Shown here one piece after another: positions 15,563-25,104 of a DNA stretch of 25,104 nt (its first letter is position 1; each line of letters opens with the position of its first letter). The position numbers were made by a program, and so were the translations under genes. Source of the stretch: a virus (taxonomy: Duplodnaviria; Caudoviricetes); the IMG/VR virus record IMGVR_UViG_3300012952_000126, positions 1 to 25,104 of that record. The stretch is one strand, 5' to 3'. The notes beneath the pieces are model-generated. The model made no database searches, was not told where the DNA came from, and saw only the letters and a list, made by a program, of their open reading frames with translations.

Positions 15563-16069
15563 TTAGTTTACTCTTGTTCCGCTACTATTATATATGATAA
15601 CAGGACTCATCCTGTTCCATTTAGTTGCACTTACGCCTACCAATCTCAAGCTATGTCCTGCTCCTAGGTCTACAGCTGCATTAGCTGAACCTGAATCAAC
15701 ACTTTCGCCTGAATATGGATATACCTTAATTGTTGCCGATGTGTCATTTAAAATAAATGCTTCCATTCCTGTAGAAACATCTGGAAGTTTAACACCTTCT
15801 GCTGAACCTGCTGTAGCACTTGTAACAACGTTATACGTCTTTGTAAGTGCTGTTGCTGTTCCTTGACTGTTACCTGCTCCAGCTACTGCTGCGCTTGTAG
15901 ACAATATTGATGCACCGCCTACTGTTAGAGTAGATGTAGTTGTAACAGTAGCAAAAGATGGACTATCCCCTGACTCATATTTGGCTGTATTAAGAGACGT
16001 AAAGTTTCCATCTACCTCATTATTGGTAAGCGGACTACCTTTCGCTGATCTTAAAGTTAGTGATGCCAT
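15563..16069 (-). CDS. Short fibre/adaptor structural protein
   Basis: 168 aa. N-terminal LTLRSAKGSPLTNNEVDGNF is a fibre attachment-type motif. Also GVKLP...N.....IKVYP..GE and C-terminal IYNSSGTRVN. Confidence 0.75.
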   Translation of the reverse strand: MASLTLRSAKGSPLTNNEVDGNFTSLNTAKYESGDSPSFATVTTTSTLTVGGASILSTSAAVAGAGNSQGTATALTKTYNVVTSATAGSAEGVKLPDVSTGMEAFILNDTSATIKVYPYSGESVDSGSANAAVDLGAGHSLRLVGVSATKWNRMSPVIIYNSSGTRVN

Positions 16070-16083
16070 TTAATTTTCCCTGC

Positions 16084-16323
16084 TTAGTTATTTAATTTAT
16101 TTACAATTACATCCAAAACGGTTCGTATTTCAGAAATTTCGGACTTTAAAGTATTTATATCATTTTCATACTCTAGGACTCTCTGCATTTGAATTCTTTT
16201 TAATTTATATGCCTTCAGTCCTTCCGAATTATTTGAAAGAATCGCTTTGGAATTCTTATCCCTTACGAAATTAGTTTCTCCATCTATATTTATTATATCT
16301 TTTTGAGTGCCTAATTTCTTCAT
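16084..16323 (-). CDS. Small T4-like phage hypothetical protein
   Basis: 79 aa. G..NFVRD..SKAI followed by a coiled coil (INTLKSEISEIRTVL). Lies directly after the DUF4815-like gene. Confidence 0.75.
   Translation of the reverse strand: MKKLGTQKDIINIDGETNFVRDKNSKAILSNNSEGLKAYKLKRIQMQRVLEYENDINTLKSEISEIRTVLDVIVNKLNN
16152..16159 (-). promoter_or_regulatory. Possible internal late promoter TATAAATA
   Basis: Exact consensus, sense orientation, about 80 nt upstream of the 168-aa gene, but inside a CDS. Confidence 0.45.
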
Positions 16324-16324
16324 C

Positions 16325-19300
16325 TTATACCTGTAACGCTATTGCCCTTAAGTCTTTAAACTTAGGACATTTAGAAGTGTCACTACTTAACGGAACAATC
16401 TTAATAGCATACACCTTGAACCCTCTAAAGGTTGTTGTTGTAGGTGCTGCTGATGTTGCCGTTGCCGAACTACCGTCACCTGTTATAGTAACAGTAGGTG
16501 TAGAAGTATATCCTCTACCTGGATTGGTTACTTCAATAGCCGATACTGCTCCGCCACTTATTGTAGCTTTTGCCTTCGCTCCGTAACCGCCTCCGCCTGA
16601 TATATTCACTACTGCTGACCCATATCCTGAGCCACCTGCTGAAACTGATATACTAGGTATACCTGCTACATCGTATTCAAATATATCACTATTTGATGTT
16701 TGTGTTCCCCAACCTCCAGACTTAGCTGGTATCTTATAAGAATACTCTACAAATTTTTCTGGAGAATTCTCTGGTGGAGTTGTATTGGCTGTAAGTTCAT
16801 GCCAATAAATGTCTTCCTGGAAGTCTGCTGTATCTGCTTGGTTTAATAATTTAGCATATACTTTTATACTTGCACCTGTTGGTATTTGTGCGTCCACGTA
16901 GACTTGTAAATCTTCTGCGTCCTGTCCTTCTTCTAGGACTACACGTCTTGTTATATATTTAGATAATGCGTTACCACCTGTTCTACCATTTTCGTTTGTA
17001 GAATCGTTATTAACGTTATTGTAAATACCTAGCAAGTCTGCTTGGTTTATATCAATATATGGTGATACGTTATCATTAAATGTGTTAAATGTTAGTTTTA
17101 CTCTTCCTGTTGATGTGCCTGAGTAAGTTGCTACTTCACTTGCTTTACTGTAGATTGTTTTCTCTTCATCTAAACTATGTGTAGTTTCAAAATCTACTTC
17201 TGTGTAAGCAGTTGTATTAGCCGAACCTGCTCCTGTTTTTGTTAATGCTAGTTCACATTTAGCTCTTGTTCCGTCTCCAGGTTTAATAATACCTATGTTT
17301 ACAGCTACATCATTAATAATTTTATCTCTAAATGATGCTATTGTAGCATAACCTTCATCTGTTCCTACTAACATACCTGCTGTAAATCCACCTACGAAAG
17401 TTTTAACTGTATTATATTTGTGTAAGCTGTTCCATTCCCATACACTACCACCTGATAATGTTACTGTTCCTGTTGCTTGTGTTCCTGAACCAGGTGCTGC
17501 TATTGTCATTGTAGGTGTTACCCTGTAACCTGATCCTGGATTTGTAATAGTAATAGCTGTTACCGCTCCGCCTGAAACTGTTGCAGTAGCTGCAAGTCCT
17601 GTTCCTGGATCGTCTGTAGCATTTGTAAATGTTATTGCTGGAGCTGAAGAATAACCTGAACCTGCTGCTGTTATTGCAGGTGTAAATCCGTTCATCCATT
17701 TACCAGGACTAAATTTCTTATCTGCCATTGACCAACTTGTATCTGTAAAGTTAATCCAATCAACTTCTGAATTAATTAAATGTCCTGAGAAGTCTGTTCC
17801 TTTCTTAAATCTGCAACGTCTAATATTAAACATGATGTCTTTATCTTGTTGTGGACTCCATGTTCTATTGTTAGCAGATGTAAACATCATACCTGCGTGT
17901 GGTTGTTTTGTAATTCTTTCTGTAGTTCCTTGTTGGTTTTCACCTAGTTGTGCAATCCAAATATTATAACCTTCATCATCGTTCTCTGGTTTAGGAACAA
18001 AGCAATATTCTGTATTGTTTCTTAAATATACAGGCTCGTTAAATTTGAACGAAGTTGGAACGAATGTAGTATTACCACCACTTTCTGTTGATGTATTAAT
18101 CTCATTAGGTTGTAGATATTTACTACCGCCAGGAACAATCCTAGGTCCTGGAACACCATTAACTACTTCTCTTATTTGTAAGTCTACACCATTTGTTCCT
18201 GATGATGGTTTTGTTTTAAAGTATAGTAATATATCACTAATGAATAAACCGCCGTCTACACCTTCTACTCTAAATGTTTGTCCTAATGGGTCTCCCATTC
18301 TAAATCCTGACCAATCAAAGTCAAAATCCCAGTCAAATGCTGTAATAGGATCTGGAACTACTACCGGAGGAGGAGGGGGATCAGGTATAGGAGCAGGTGT
18401 AAATAAAGGTATTGGAATCGTTGGCCACATAATATCTATAGGAGGAATCTCTACTGGAGGAACCTCTACTACTTCTCTAACTACTTCACCAGGAACACCT
18501 GGGCTACCTGTTTCACCTGAAGGTCCTGCTGGGCCTGAAGCACCTACTGGTCCTACTGGTCCAGGACTTCCTACTGGTCCTGGAGGTCCTATAATTTCTA
18601 TAGTTTCTTGTATGATTACAGGAGCAGGTGGTGGAGGCATAGGTGTTCCTGTGCCTATTGAAATGTCTGTGGAAACATCTGTAACCACTCTGCTGTCTGT
18701 AAACTGTGTAGAATTAACCGATGCAGTTTTTAATGATATTATTGTGTCTTGTGTTTTTTGTCTTAGTCCTGAGGACTCATAATTTGTAACTGCTGATGTT
18801 GTAGATGCAGTCTCTTTATTTGTAGAACTGTCTGTAAGTTTAAATGCCTTAACACCTGTTCTAAATCTACCTTCAGGTATTAAGAAATTACCTTGAACTC
18901 TTCCATCTGAATCTGTTGTAAGGGCGCCTCCTAATGAACCTTGTAAAGGTGTAACGTTTGCTGATATGTCTTCTCCATCAAAGAATGGATAGACTCTTGT
19001 GTTTGGTTTTAGTCTTGTAGCGATAAACACTACTGCTCTTGATCTCATAAACGGAGCAATGGATACATCTACTACTTTTTCTCCTAAGCTCTGTTCTTCT
19101 GTATTAGCACTGATATCAATGCTAGTTCCTTGTCGGGTTTGTGCCTGCTCTGTCGTAACAGTTGTAAATAATGAATTATTACTTGTTCCTGAACCACTAC
19201 TGTTTCTACCAAATGTATTTAATTCTTGTGTTTGTGTAGAAACTACGTTTGCTGCACCTGTGTTTTCCCATGAGCCCCATTGTGTTCCCCAAGCATTTGA

Positions 19301-22300
19301 CATGTTTTCCCATGCGTCATAGTTACCATCAAAGTTTTTAGTAACTGCTGGCTGAACATCTGTAGCAACAAAGTTATCTACATCAGGTGTTAGGACTATA
19401 TCTCCATAGTAATGGAATAGTAATTCTTTAACTAGATTTTCTGTTTGTGATGCTTTATTTTGAACCACATAGTTTACTACTTCATATGGTAGTGTAATTG
19501 CTGCTCCTGTTCTTACAAGTTTTGTAAGTTCTGAAGGATTACCTATATCTGTATGTGGCCTTAATGATATGTTTTCCATATCAAAGAAAGGTCTAGCATG
19601 TTTCTTTTTAGGGTCAATTGATATCTTATAGTCTGGGTCTAATACAGCTCCTACATTATGACCTGTCATTTGGTCAACTAAGATACCATTTTTAAATCTG
19701 TCTGTGCCACTAGAGTTTACTATTGTTTGTTCTTTTGCGTATGTTTCTAATAAATTAAGTGATGCGTAATACTCTAGGTTTTTAATTCTATTTTCTAATC
19801 CACCAATATCTCTCATTGTAAAACGTTTGAAAGATAACTGTTGAACTTTAATAGCGTAGTCTGGTCTACCTACTTCTCTAGCTCTGTCTGCTGCTAAACA
19901 AGGATACGGAGGCAAGTCTATAGTTGCCATTGTCATACATTTTTCAGGTTCTGCTGGTAAAACAGGATTGTCTGAGTATGGACCTTCTACTTGTCTAATC
20001 TCTCCATCAAAGTCTAATATAACTCTTAATTTTTTACCTTGATATCGAATGTAATCTGTTGTAAATGTTTTAATAGGAACAGGGTTTGTAAGTCCATTAC
20101 CTGGCCTATCTACTGATTCGTTTATATCTGGATTACTTACTAAACTTCCTATTACACTACCGTCTGTAGGTGTAACTGTATCTAACATTCTAGGACGGAA
20201 GTCTAAAGAATCTCTTAAATCAAAGTCTCCATGTTGTGAAGATCTATATACTGGAATTTCTTCTGTTCTAATTGTAGATGCTGCTGGACTTGCAGTATCA
20301 TCTACTGGATAACTATCTACAATACTGAACGTTGCTTCTGTAACTGTTTGTGAGAAGTATGAAAACTTAACTAACAGATAATCATATGTTGAAAGATTAA
20401 GTGTGCTAGTTCCTTTCTTAATAATTTTAGCATGTCCTACTGCATTGTCTTTTTGTCCGTTATCAAATCTAAAATCGTTTGTTACATCTATACCATCTGT
20501 TAATGCTGTAAATGCTGATGTATGTGCTCTAACTTCTTTTAATTTAAATCCATCAGAAACACCTAGTGAATATTCTCCACTTGTTGATGCAGGGTGTGTA
20601 TTTGTATTAATTGTAACATACTTGTCGTCTTGTAAGGCTTTAGCAATAGGTGCTGCGTCTGTTTTAAGAACATTTACATATATTCTAACATCATCAGAAC
20701 CAGCACCAATAGTTATACCGCCACCTGCTAATGTAATTGTCATGGATTGTGAACCTGACAATGTAACTGCTGCTGCGTCTATATCAATTAAATCTCCAGG
20801 TGCAATTGTGTTTGTTGCACCATCTACAAATCCACCTTTAGACACCATAACAATATTTGCTAATTTAATTGTGTCTGTTAATTGTGAACCTGAAGTGTCA
20901 TAAGGAAATGTTTCATCTCCTGAAAGTGTAATTGTAACTGCGCCTGTTCCCGATGTTAAAGATACATCAAATTCTTTTGTATATTGGAAACTGTGATCGT
21001 ATGTGCTACCTGCGTCTGCTTTTAATGTTTTAACATTACTATTAGGTAAAGCAAATAACATCTTATTAGCAGATGCTTCTTTTATTTCTGATTTGCCACC
21101 TGCATTTAAAACAACATCTGCTGTTCCATCTATAACACCATCTTCAAATCTTATACCTTTAATAGTTTCTGAATTACTAGCTGTTAAGTTAATATCATAT
21201 AGATAAAGTCTGTAAACAGCTGCCACTCCCATAATACCTGAGCCTGCTGTTCCACTTTCATATGATATATGCCTTGCCTTTGCTGTTCCTATTTTATTAC
21301 CTTGTGCAACTGCATTGTTTGCTTGTGCTGTGTCATATAAGTCTACAGTTCCACCGCCATCAATATCCCATATACCTCTTACTTTGTTTATTTGTAAGTA
21401 ATTTCCAAATGATGTTGAAATTGGAACACCTTCTAATGTTTGTGTTCCTGATGCTTTTCTAATAATTGTGTTTCTTGTTTGGTTAAGTGTTCTTTTAAAA
21501 CCACCTACATAAGCAACACCTGGTGATGTTCCTATAACAAGACCTTCTCTATTACCGCCTTGTGCTGTGGTAAATACACCATTGTTTGTTCCGCTATTGA
21601 AGTGTTCTCTAACACCTACTGTCATTCCTTTTACAACATAGTTACCTGACTCGTCGTATGTTCTGTTTGCTAATATGTCTCCTAATCCTGCTAAAGGATT
21701 ATCTACGACTCTGTTGTAGAATTGACCACCATCTTTTACTTGATAATATAAGTAAAAGTTTTCTGGAATTGTTTCGTCCATTGCTAAGGACTTTAGACTT
21801 ACAACAAGTTTTAACCTATCTGCTCCAGGTGCGTTATAGTTAAACGAACCTTGTGCTGGGTCAAGTAATGTTGCGTCTGTAGCAGATGTTTGTGCTGTTT
21901 CTGTTACTAAGAAACCTACCTTTCTATCTGCTCTTTGTGAAAATCTATCTTGTAAACATGAAATTTTATCTGTTCTAATAAAATTACCTCTGGCAAATAT
22001 TAGTCCAGGGTCTAGTATAAGTTCTTTTGTTCTACCTGCGTGTGCTGTTCTAGATGTTACCGTATTCTGTGATGCTACGACAAAGGTCTTACCATTTCTG
22101 CCTGCGTCTGTAGAAGCAACTGTTAATGTTTCTCCACCTTGGAATGTTGTATAACTTGTGGCTGAATTTTTATAGTTACCATAAAGTTGTTTTGTTAAAG
22201 GTGCTGCTGCGTTTGTTCCTGTTTCAACAGCTGTAATTTCTAATGTAAGTCCTGATGTTCCGCCTGTTACTGTATCTCCTACATAATTTGCTAGTGTAGA

Positions 22301-22570
22301 ATTATCTACTGCTAATGCAGGACTACTTGCATCTGTGTCTAATATCTTGACCCAGTCCCTAACTATTAATTGTTCTGCACACCCTGTTACTACTGCTCCT
22401 TCTTGTAATACAAAACCGAAACCTTCTTTCATTTGGTTTTGTAAGACAGTCTGTAATTGCGTAAGTTCTCTAGCCTGAACTGCTACGCCTGGTTTAAATA
22501 ATACTCTATGATAGTCCTTACTTGAACTAAAATCGTCGTAGTATGGTGATGCGTTTAAATTTAATGCCAT
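16325..22570 (-). CDS. Large virion structural protein, DUF4815/VrlC-like
   Basis: 2081 aa. N-terminus NLNASPYYDDF...VLFKPG..VQARELTQLQ, plus APGADR, RTYDESGNY, FTMRDIG.LE.RI..LEYY, DRFKNG, DPLGQTF and C-terminal DLRAIAL. Follows gp8. Confidence 0.88.
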   Translation of the reverse strand: MALNLNASPYYDDFSSSKDYHRVLFKPGVAVQARELTQLQTVLQNQMKEGFGFVLQEGAVVTGCAEQLIVRDWVKILDTDASSPALAVDNSTLANYVGDTVTGGTSGLTLEITAVETGTNAAAPLTKQLYGNYKNSATSYTTFQGGETLTVASTDAGRNGKTFVVASQNTVTSRTAHAGRTKELILDPGLIFARGNFIRTDKISCLQDRFSQRADRKVGFLVTETAQTSATDATLLDPAQGSFNYNAPGADRLKLVVSLKSLAMDETIPENFYLYYQVKDGGQFYNRVVDNPLAGLGDILANRTYDESGNYVVKGMTVGVREHFNSGTNNGVFTTAQGGNREGLVIGTSPGVAYVGGFKRTLNQTRNTIIRKASGTQTLEGVPISTSFGNYLQINKVRGIWDIDGGGTVDLYDTAQANNAVAQGNKIGTAKARHISYESGTAGSGIMGVAAVYRLYLYDINLTASNSETIKGIRFEDGVIDGTADVVLNAGGKSEIKEASANKMLFALPNSNVKTLKADAGSTYDHSFQYTKEFDVSLTSGTGAVTITLSGDETFPYDTSGSQLTDTIKLANIVMVSKGGFVDGATNTIAPGDLIDIDAAAVTLSGSQSMTITLAGGGITIGAGSDDVRIYVNVLKTDAAPIAKALQDDKYVTINTNTHPASTSGEYSLGVSDGFKLKEVRAHTSAFTALTDGIDVTNDFRFDNGQKDNAVGHAKIIKKGTSTLNLSTYDYLLVKFSYFSQTVTEATFSIVDSYPVDDTASPAASTIRTEEIPVYRSSQHGDFDLRDSLDFRPRMLDTVTPTDGSVIGSLVSNPDINESVDRPGNGLTNPVPIKTFTTDYIRYQGKKLRVILDFDGEIRQVEGPYSDNPVLPAEPEKCMTMATIDLPPYPCLAADRAREVGRPDYAIKVQQLSFKRFTMRDIGGLENRIKNLEYYASLNLLETYAKEQTIVNSSGTDRFKNGILVDQMTGHNVGAVLDPDYKISIDPKKKHARPFFDMENISLRPHTDIGNPSELTKLVRTGAAITLPYEVVNYVVQNKASQTENLVKELLFHYYGDIVLTPDVDNFVATDVQPAVTKNFDGNYDAWENMSNAWGTQWGSWENTGAANVVSTQTQELNTFGRNSSGSGTSNNSLFTTVTTEQAQTRQGTSIDISANTEEQSLGEKVVDVSIAPFMRSRAVVFIATRLKPNTRVYPFFDGEDISANVTPLQGSLGGALTTDSDGRVQGNFLIPEGRFRTGVKAFKLTDSSTNKETASTTSAVTNYESSGLRQKTQDTIISLKTASVNSTQFTDSRVVTDVSTDISIGTGTPMPPPPAPVIIQETIEIIGPPGPVGSPGPVGPVGASGPAGPSGETGSPGVPGEVVREVVEVPPVEIPPIDIMWPTIPIPLFTPAPIPDPPPPPVVVPDPITAFDWDFDFDWSGFRMGDPLGQTFRVEGVDGGLFISDILLYFKTKPSSGTNGVDLQIREVVNGVPGPRIVPGGSKYLQPNEINTSTESGGNTTFVPTSFKFNEPVYLRNNTEYCFVPKPENDDEGYNIWIAQLGENQQGTTERITKQPHAGMMFTSANNRTWSPQQDKDIMFNIRRCRFKKGTDFSGHLINSEVDWINFTDTSWSMADKKFSPGKWMNGFTPAITAAGSGYSSAPAITFTNATDDPGTGLAATATVSGGAVTAITITNPGSGYRVTPTMTIAAPGSGTQATGTVTLSGGSVWEWNSLHKYNTVKTFVGGFTAGMLVGTDEGYATIASFRDKIINDVAVNIGIIKPGDGTRAKCELALTKTGAGSANTTAYTEVDFETTHSLDEEKTIYSKASEVATYSGTSTGRVKLTFNTFNDNVSPYIDINQADLLGIYNNVNNDSTNENGRTGGNALSKYITRRVVLEEGQDAEDLQVYVDAQIPTGASIKVYAKLLNQADTADFQEDIYWHELTANTTPPENSPEKFVEYSYKIPAKSGGWGTQTSNSDIFEYDVAGIPSISVSAGGSGYGSAVVNISGGGGYGAKAKATISGGAVSAIEVTNPGRGYTSTPTVTITGDGSSATATSAAPTTTTFRGFKVYAIKIVPLSSDTSKCPKFKDLRAIALQV
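18482..18589 (-). repeat. Collagen-like (Gly-X-Y)12 tract flanked by proline-rich segments
   Basis: GPP GPV GSP GPV GPV GAS GPA GPS GET GSP GVP GEV. Confidence 0.92.
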
Positions 22571-22573
22571 TTG

Positions 22574-24169
22574 TTAAAACCTAATCAATGCCTTTACTTG
22601 TTCTACTTGGTCCTCTGATCTTGTAACAGGTGATCTATTATCTAGATATATTATTTCTCCTGTTGCATTGTCTACTTCTGGACTTGTTACACTATTTATA
22701 CTCAAGCTCGTGATGTTTTGAGTAGTATTTGTTAAAGTAGATGAATTAGTTATTAATGGAATCTTAGCAGTTACATAGATATTATTTCCTGTTGTATCTA
22801 ATTGTATAACTTGAAACTCTCCTCCATCGTTACTTGTTAATATGTCGTCAACGGCATAATTACCTAGTTGACCTGCTGCCACATTTATTATATGACATGC
22901 TGTTCCTGTGTTACTTGTAAATACTGCAGGTGTTCCTCCAGTATCTAACATGTTTTTTACTAAGGCAATCTGTCTAAAGTCGTTGCCTAATATTAAATCT
23001 AGGTTATCATTATCTGAAAATGATACTGTAAGTCCTAGATTATGTGCAAACAATTCTCTTGTTGCGTTTGATCCGTGTCCACCTTGTGGACTTATAATTG
23101 CTCTTGCTACTCCATTTTGTCCTGGTGCTGATGTGTTTGTAATAATTATATCAGCATATGAATAACCTGAACCTGGATTTGTAACTCTTATACTTGTAAT
23201 AGCTCCTGTAGCACTATTTACATAAGCACTTGCTTCTGCTCCTGTGCCATCTCCTACTACTGAGACATTAATATCTCCTTCTATGTAGTCTTGACCAGCT
23301 GTTGTAACAATAACTCTATCTACTGTTCCACTTACTGCTGCTCCTTCTACAGCACTTTGTAATGCTGGAAGAGAATCTGCGTCTCCTAAATTTACTGTTG
23401 CTGCTGCTCCTGAACCGCCACCGCCTACGAATGTGGCAAAGCAAAAACTGTAACCTGAGCCTGATGAATTAATTGTAACACCAGTAACTGCACCTCCACT
23501 TACTGTAGCTGTGCCTGCTGCTCCTGTTCCATCTCCTGCTAAAACGACAGTAGGGACACCTGTAAAGCCTGTCCCTCCTGCGTCTATTGTAACGCTATCA
23601 ACTTCTCCATTCACATCATGTGTTGGATTACCTGTAAGTTTCCTAACAGGTATAAAGTCGGCGTCTAAAAATTTGTTTTGATCTGAGGCGGATATTTGAA
23701 ACATAAATTTCCAATTATATCCGTCCGATAATTCAAAAACACTTGTTCCTGTGCTAGTTGGTTTATTTTGTGAAGTAGCATTAGAGTTATTAGATATACA
23801 TTTATATACCTTAAACTCATCTGTCATCACATAATAATTAGCAGTAGATAAACTTATAGCCTGAGAATATGCTTTATTTGTAGATGAATAAGTATCATCA
23901 TACTCGTCATATATTTCTCCCTGTGTCCAATTTATACGTCTTGCCAGCATACAAATATCTGCTGAGTCAATCCTTTGTGTGAACATCAAGCTACGTCTAA
24001 ATTCTGCTATGTAACTATCAGAGTCAACAGGGACTTCCGGAACAGTATCATCTGTCCACGGATTAGTCCTGCCGATTGCAAAGTGGAAATAGTCGTTATT
24101 ATTCCTAATATCTCTTAGGAATGAACGAGCCAATTCCACTCTACCTAATGTTCTTAAAACTAGCGCCAT
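22574..24169 (-). CDS. gp8: Baseplate wedge subunit gp8
   Basis: 531 aa. IGRTNPW, RRINW..G..YD.Y, YYVMTDEFKVYKCISN, DGYNWKFM, P.GGHG, DFRQIALVKN, GEIIYLDNR...R..DQ.E, with inserted GSGY-type repeat modules. Confidence 0.9.
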   Translation of the reverse strand: MALVLRTLGRVELARSFLRDIRNNNDYFHFAIGRTNPWTDDTVPEVPVDSDSYIAEFRRSLMFTQRIDSADICMLARRINWTQGEIYDEYDDTYSSTNKAYSQAISLSTANYYVMTDEFKVYKCISNNSNATSQNKPTSTGTSVFELSDGYNWKFMFQISASDQNKFLDADFIPVRKLTGNPTHDVNGEVDSVTIDAGGTGFTGVPTVVLAGDGTGAAGTATVSGGAVTGVTINSSGSGYSFCFATFVGGGGSGAAATVNLGDADSLPALQSAVEGAAVSGTVDRVIVTTAGQDYIEGDINVSVVGDGTGAEASAYVNSATGAITSIRVTNPGSGYSYADIIITNTSAPGQNGVARAIISPQGGHGSNATRELFAHNLGLTVSFSDNDNLDLILGNDFRQIALVKNMLDTGGTPAVFTSNTGTACHIINVAAGQLGNYAVDDILTSNDGGEFQVIQLDTTGNNIYVTAKIPLITNSSTLTNTTQNITSLSINSVTSPEVDNATGEIIYLDNRSPVTRSEDQVEQVKALIRF

Positions 24170-24181
24170 TAACTTTTCCTA

Positions 24182-24625
24182 TTAAGAAATAGTTACTGTC
24201 CAAGTAATTGTCATTGAATCACTTGCACCTTTGTTTACGACTGAAAATACAGTCCTACAAAGTAGAGTTCCACCTGAAGCACCATTTAAAATACCTGCTT
24301 CTGTAATAGCTCCTGTTCCTGTTCCTGCTGCAAATGATGCAACATAAGCAACAGCGTTACTTGTTACGGTGGTTGAAGTTAGGGCTTGCCTAGCTGCCTC
24401 TGAACCTAGAGCAGTATTCCCAGCAGCTGCTGCTGTTGAGCCTGTTCCAATAGCCATGTGAGACATAGCTGTAGCAGACGCGTCCTTCATTCTAGATGCA
24501 ATGTAGTCAAGTCCGGTATCTACAACCAAGTTTTTTACTTCTTGTTTTTGTTTTAGATTGCCGTCTTTGTCTTTGACTTCAATTGTGAGCTTACCTAATG
24601 CTCTGCTTTCATCTTTCTTAAACAT
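24182..24625 (-). CDS. Tail-collar fibre (DUF3751-like) domain protein
   Basis: 147 aa. NLVVDTG, MAIGTG, L.SE..R, ITEAGIL, K...DSMTITW. AGGAG RBS. Confidence 0.7.
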   Translation of the reverse strand: MFKKDESRALGKLTIEVKDKDGNLKQKQEVKNLVVDTGLDYIASRMKDASATAMSHMAIGTGSTAAAAGNTALGSEAARQALTSTTVTSNAVAYVASFAAGTGTGAITEAGILNGASGGTLLCRTVFSVVNKGASDSMTITWTVTIS

Positions 24626-24643
24626 TTTTGTCTCCTATTATGT

Positions 24644-25104
24644 TTATGTAAATGTCCAACCTGTTCCTACATAGTCCTCCGCACAATATAGCGGGTCCCA
24701 GTAATCCTGCATGGAGCCAACACCTGAGTCATCAGTTGAACTACCATCTGTAGCTACTTTACTTAATGACTTGACTGCTGCCTCTGTTGCAGTTTCGGTT
24801 TCTGTTATTCCTTTACTTGTATTTATACTGTTTACAGAATCCGTTGCTGATTTTGAGTTAGAAACTCCTAAATTATTTGTTTTAACAACGGCATCTGAAA
24901 TTGTTGCACTATTAGATAGTGTCTTACTATAAGCAATCGCCGGACTATCTGTGTTCGACGTTGCATTTGTTAGAATTTTACCTATAGCCTTAGCATGAGA
25001 TTCTGTATTAGAAGTAGTATCTGTGTATGCAACACTTAATACTAATGCTGGAGAATCTTGTGCCATTCCGCTATCTGAGAAACTTCTACTAAAGTTTATG
25101 CTCA
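24644..25104 (-). CDS. C-terminal part of a repeat-rich structural protein (5' end outside the window)
   Basis: The frame stays open upstream of the called ATG 25066 to the window end (SINFSRSFSDSG-MAQD). It has roughly 19-aa S/T-rich repeats and ends MQDYWDPLYCAEDYVG. Its position upstream of gp8 would fit a gp7-like gene, but this cannot be verified here. Confidence 0.65.
   Translation of the reverse strand, partial: SINFSRSFSDSGMAQDSPALVLSVAYTDTTSNTESHAKAIGKILTNATSNTDSPAIAYSKTLSNSATISDAVVKTNNLGVSNSKSATDSVNSINTSKGITETETATEAAVKSLSKVATDGSSTDDSGVGSMQDYWDPLYCAEDYVGTGWTFT

Noticed and set aside
24820-24827. TATAAATA on the minus strand inside the last CDS
   Set aside because: It lies about 195 nt from the next start and inside coding sequence, so it cannot be distinguished from chance.
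14783-24932. Plus-strand ORFs across the structural genes (e.g. 18015-18782, 18999-19322, 20403-20903, 22908-23165) and minus ORF 17445-17699
   Set aside because: Antisense or off-frame shadows of long, well-supported minus-strand genes.
25064-25066. ATG at 25066 as the true start of the last gene
   Set aside because: The frame continues open to the window edge with the same repeat character, and there is no clear RBS.

Overview
AT-rich segment of a large T4-like (myovirus) phage genome, covering the virion-structure region between the baseplate and neck genes. On the minus strand, reading right to left: the 3' part of a repeat-rich structural gene, a tail-collar/fibre adaptor, baseplate wedge gp8, a 2081-aa DUF4815/VrlC-like protein with a collagen and proline-rich insert, a fibre adaptor, a 451-aa protein carrying a 160-aa mirror-symmetric Y-[TSA]-G-x repeat, a chaperone-like gene, a glycosyltransferase and a 2OG-Fe(II) oxygenase-like gene. 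A chain of tail-fibre genes and neck protein gp13 (truncated by the window edge) follow. Embedded among these is a plus-strand operon with four paralogous GT-A glycosyltransferases, a fusion of an apparently dead glycosyltransferase and a dead radical-SAM/SPASM domain, and a divergent methyltransferase. Both enzyme blocks sit behind T4-type late promoters (TATAAATA); one of these is a perfect palindrome shared with the divergent fibre genes. The best candidate for an undescribed system is therefore a late-expressed virion or tail-fibre glycosylation and modification machinery located next to its likely substrates. A small sigma70-driven four-gene island splits the enzyme cluster. All family calls come from motif recognition by eye; no searches were run. 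No RNA genes, CRISPR arrays or mobile elements were seen.
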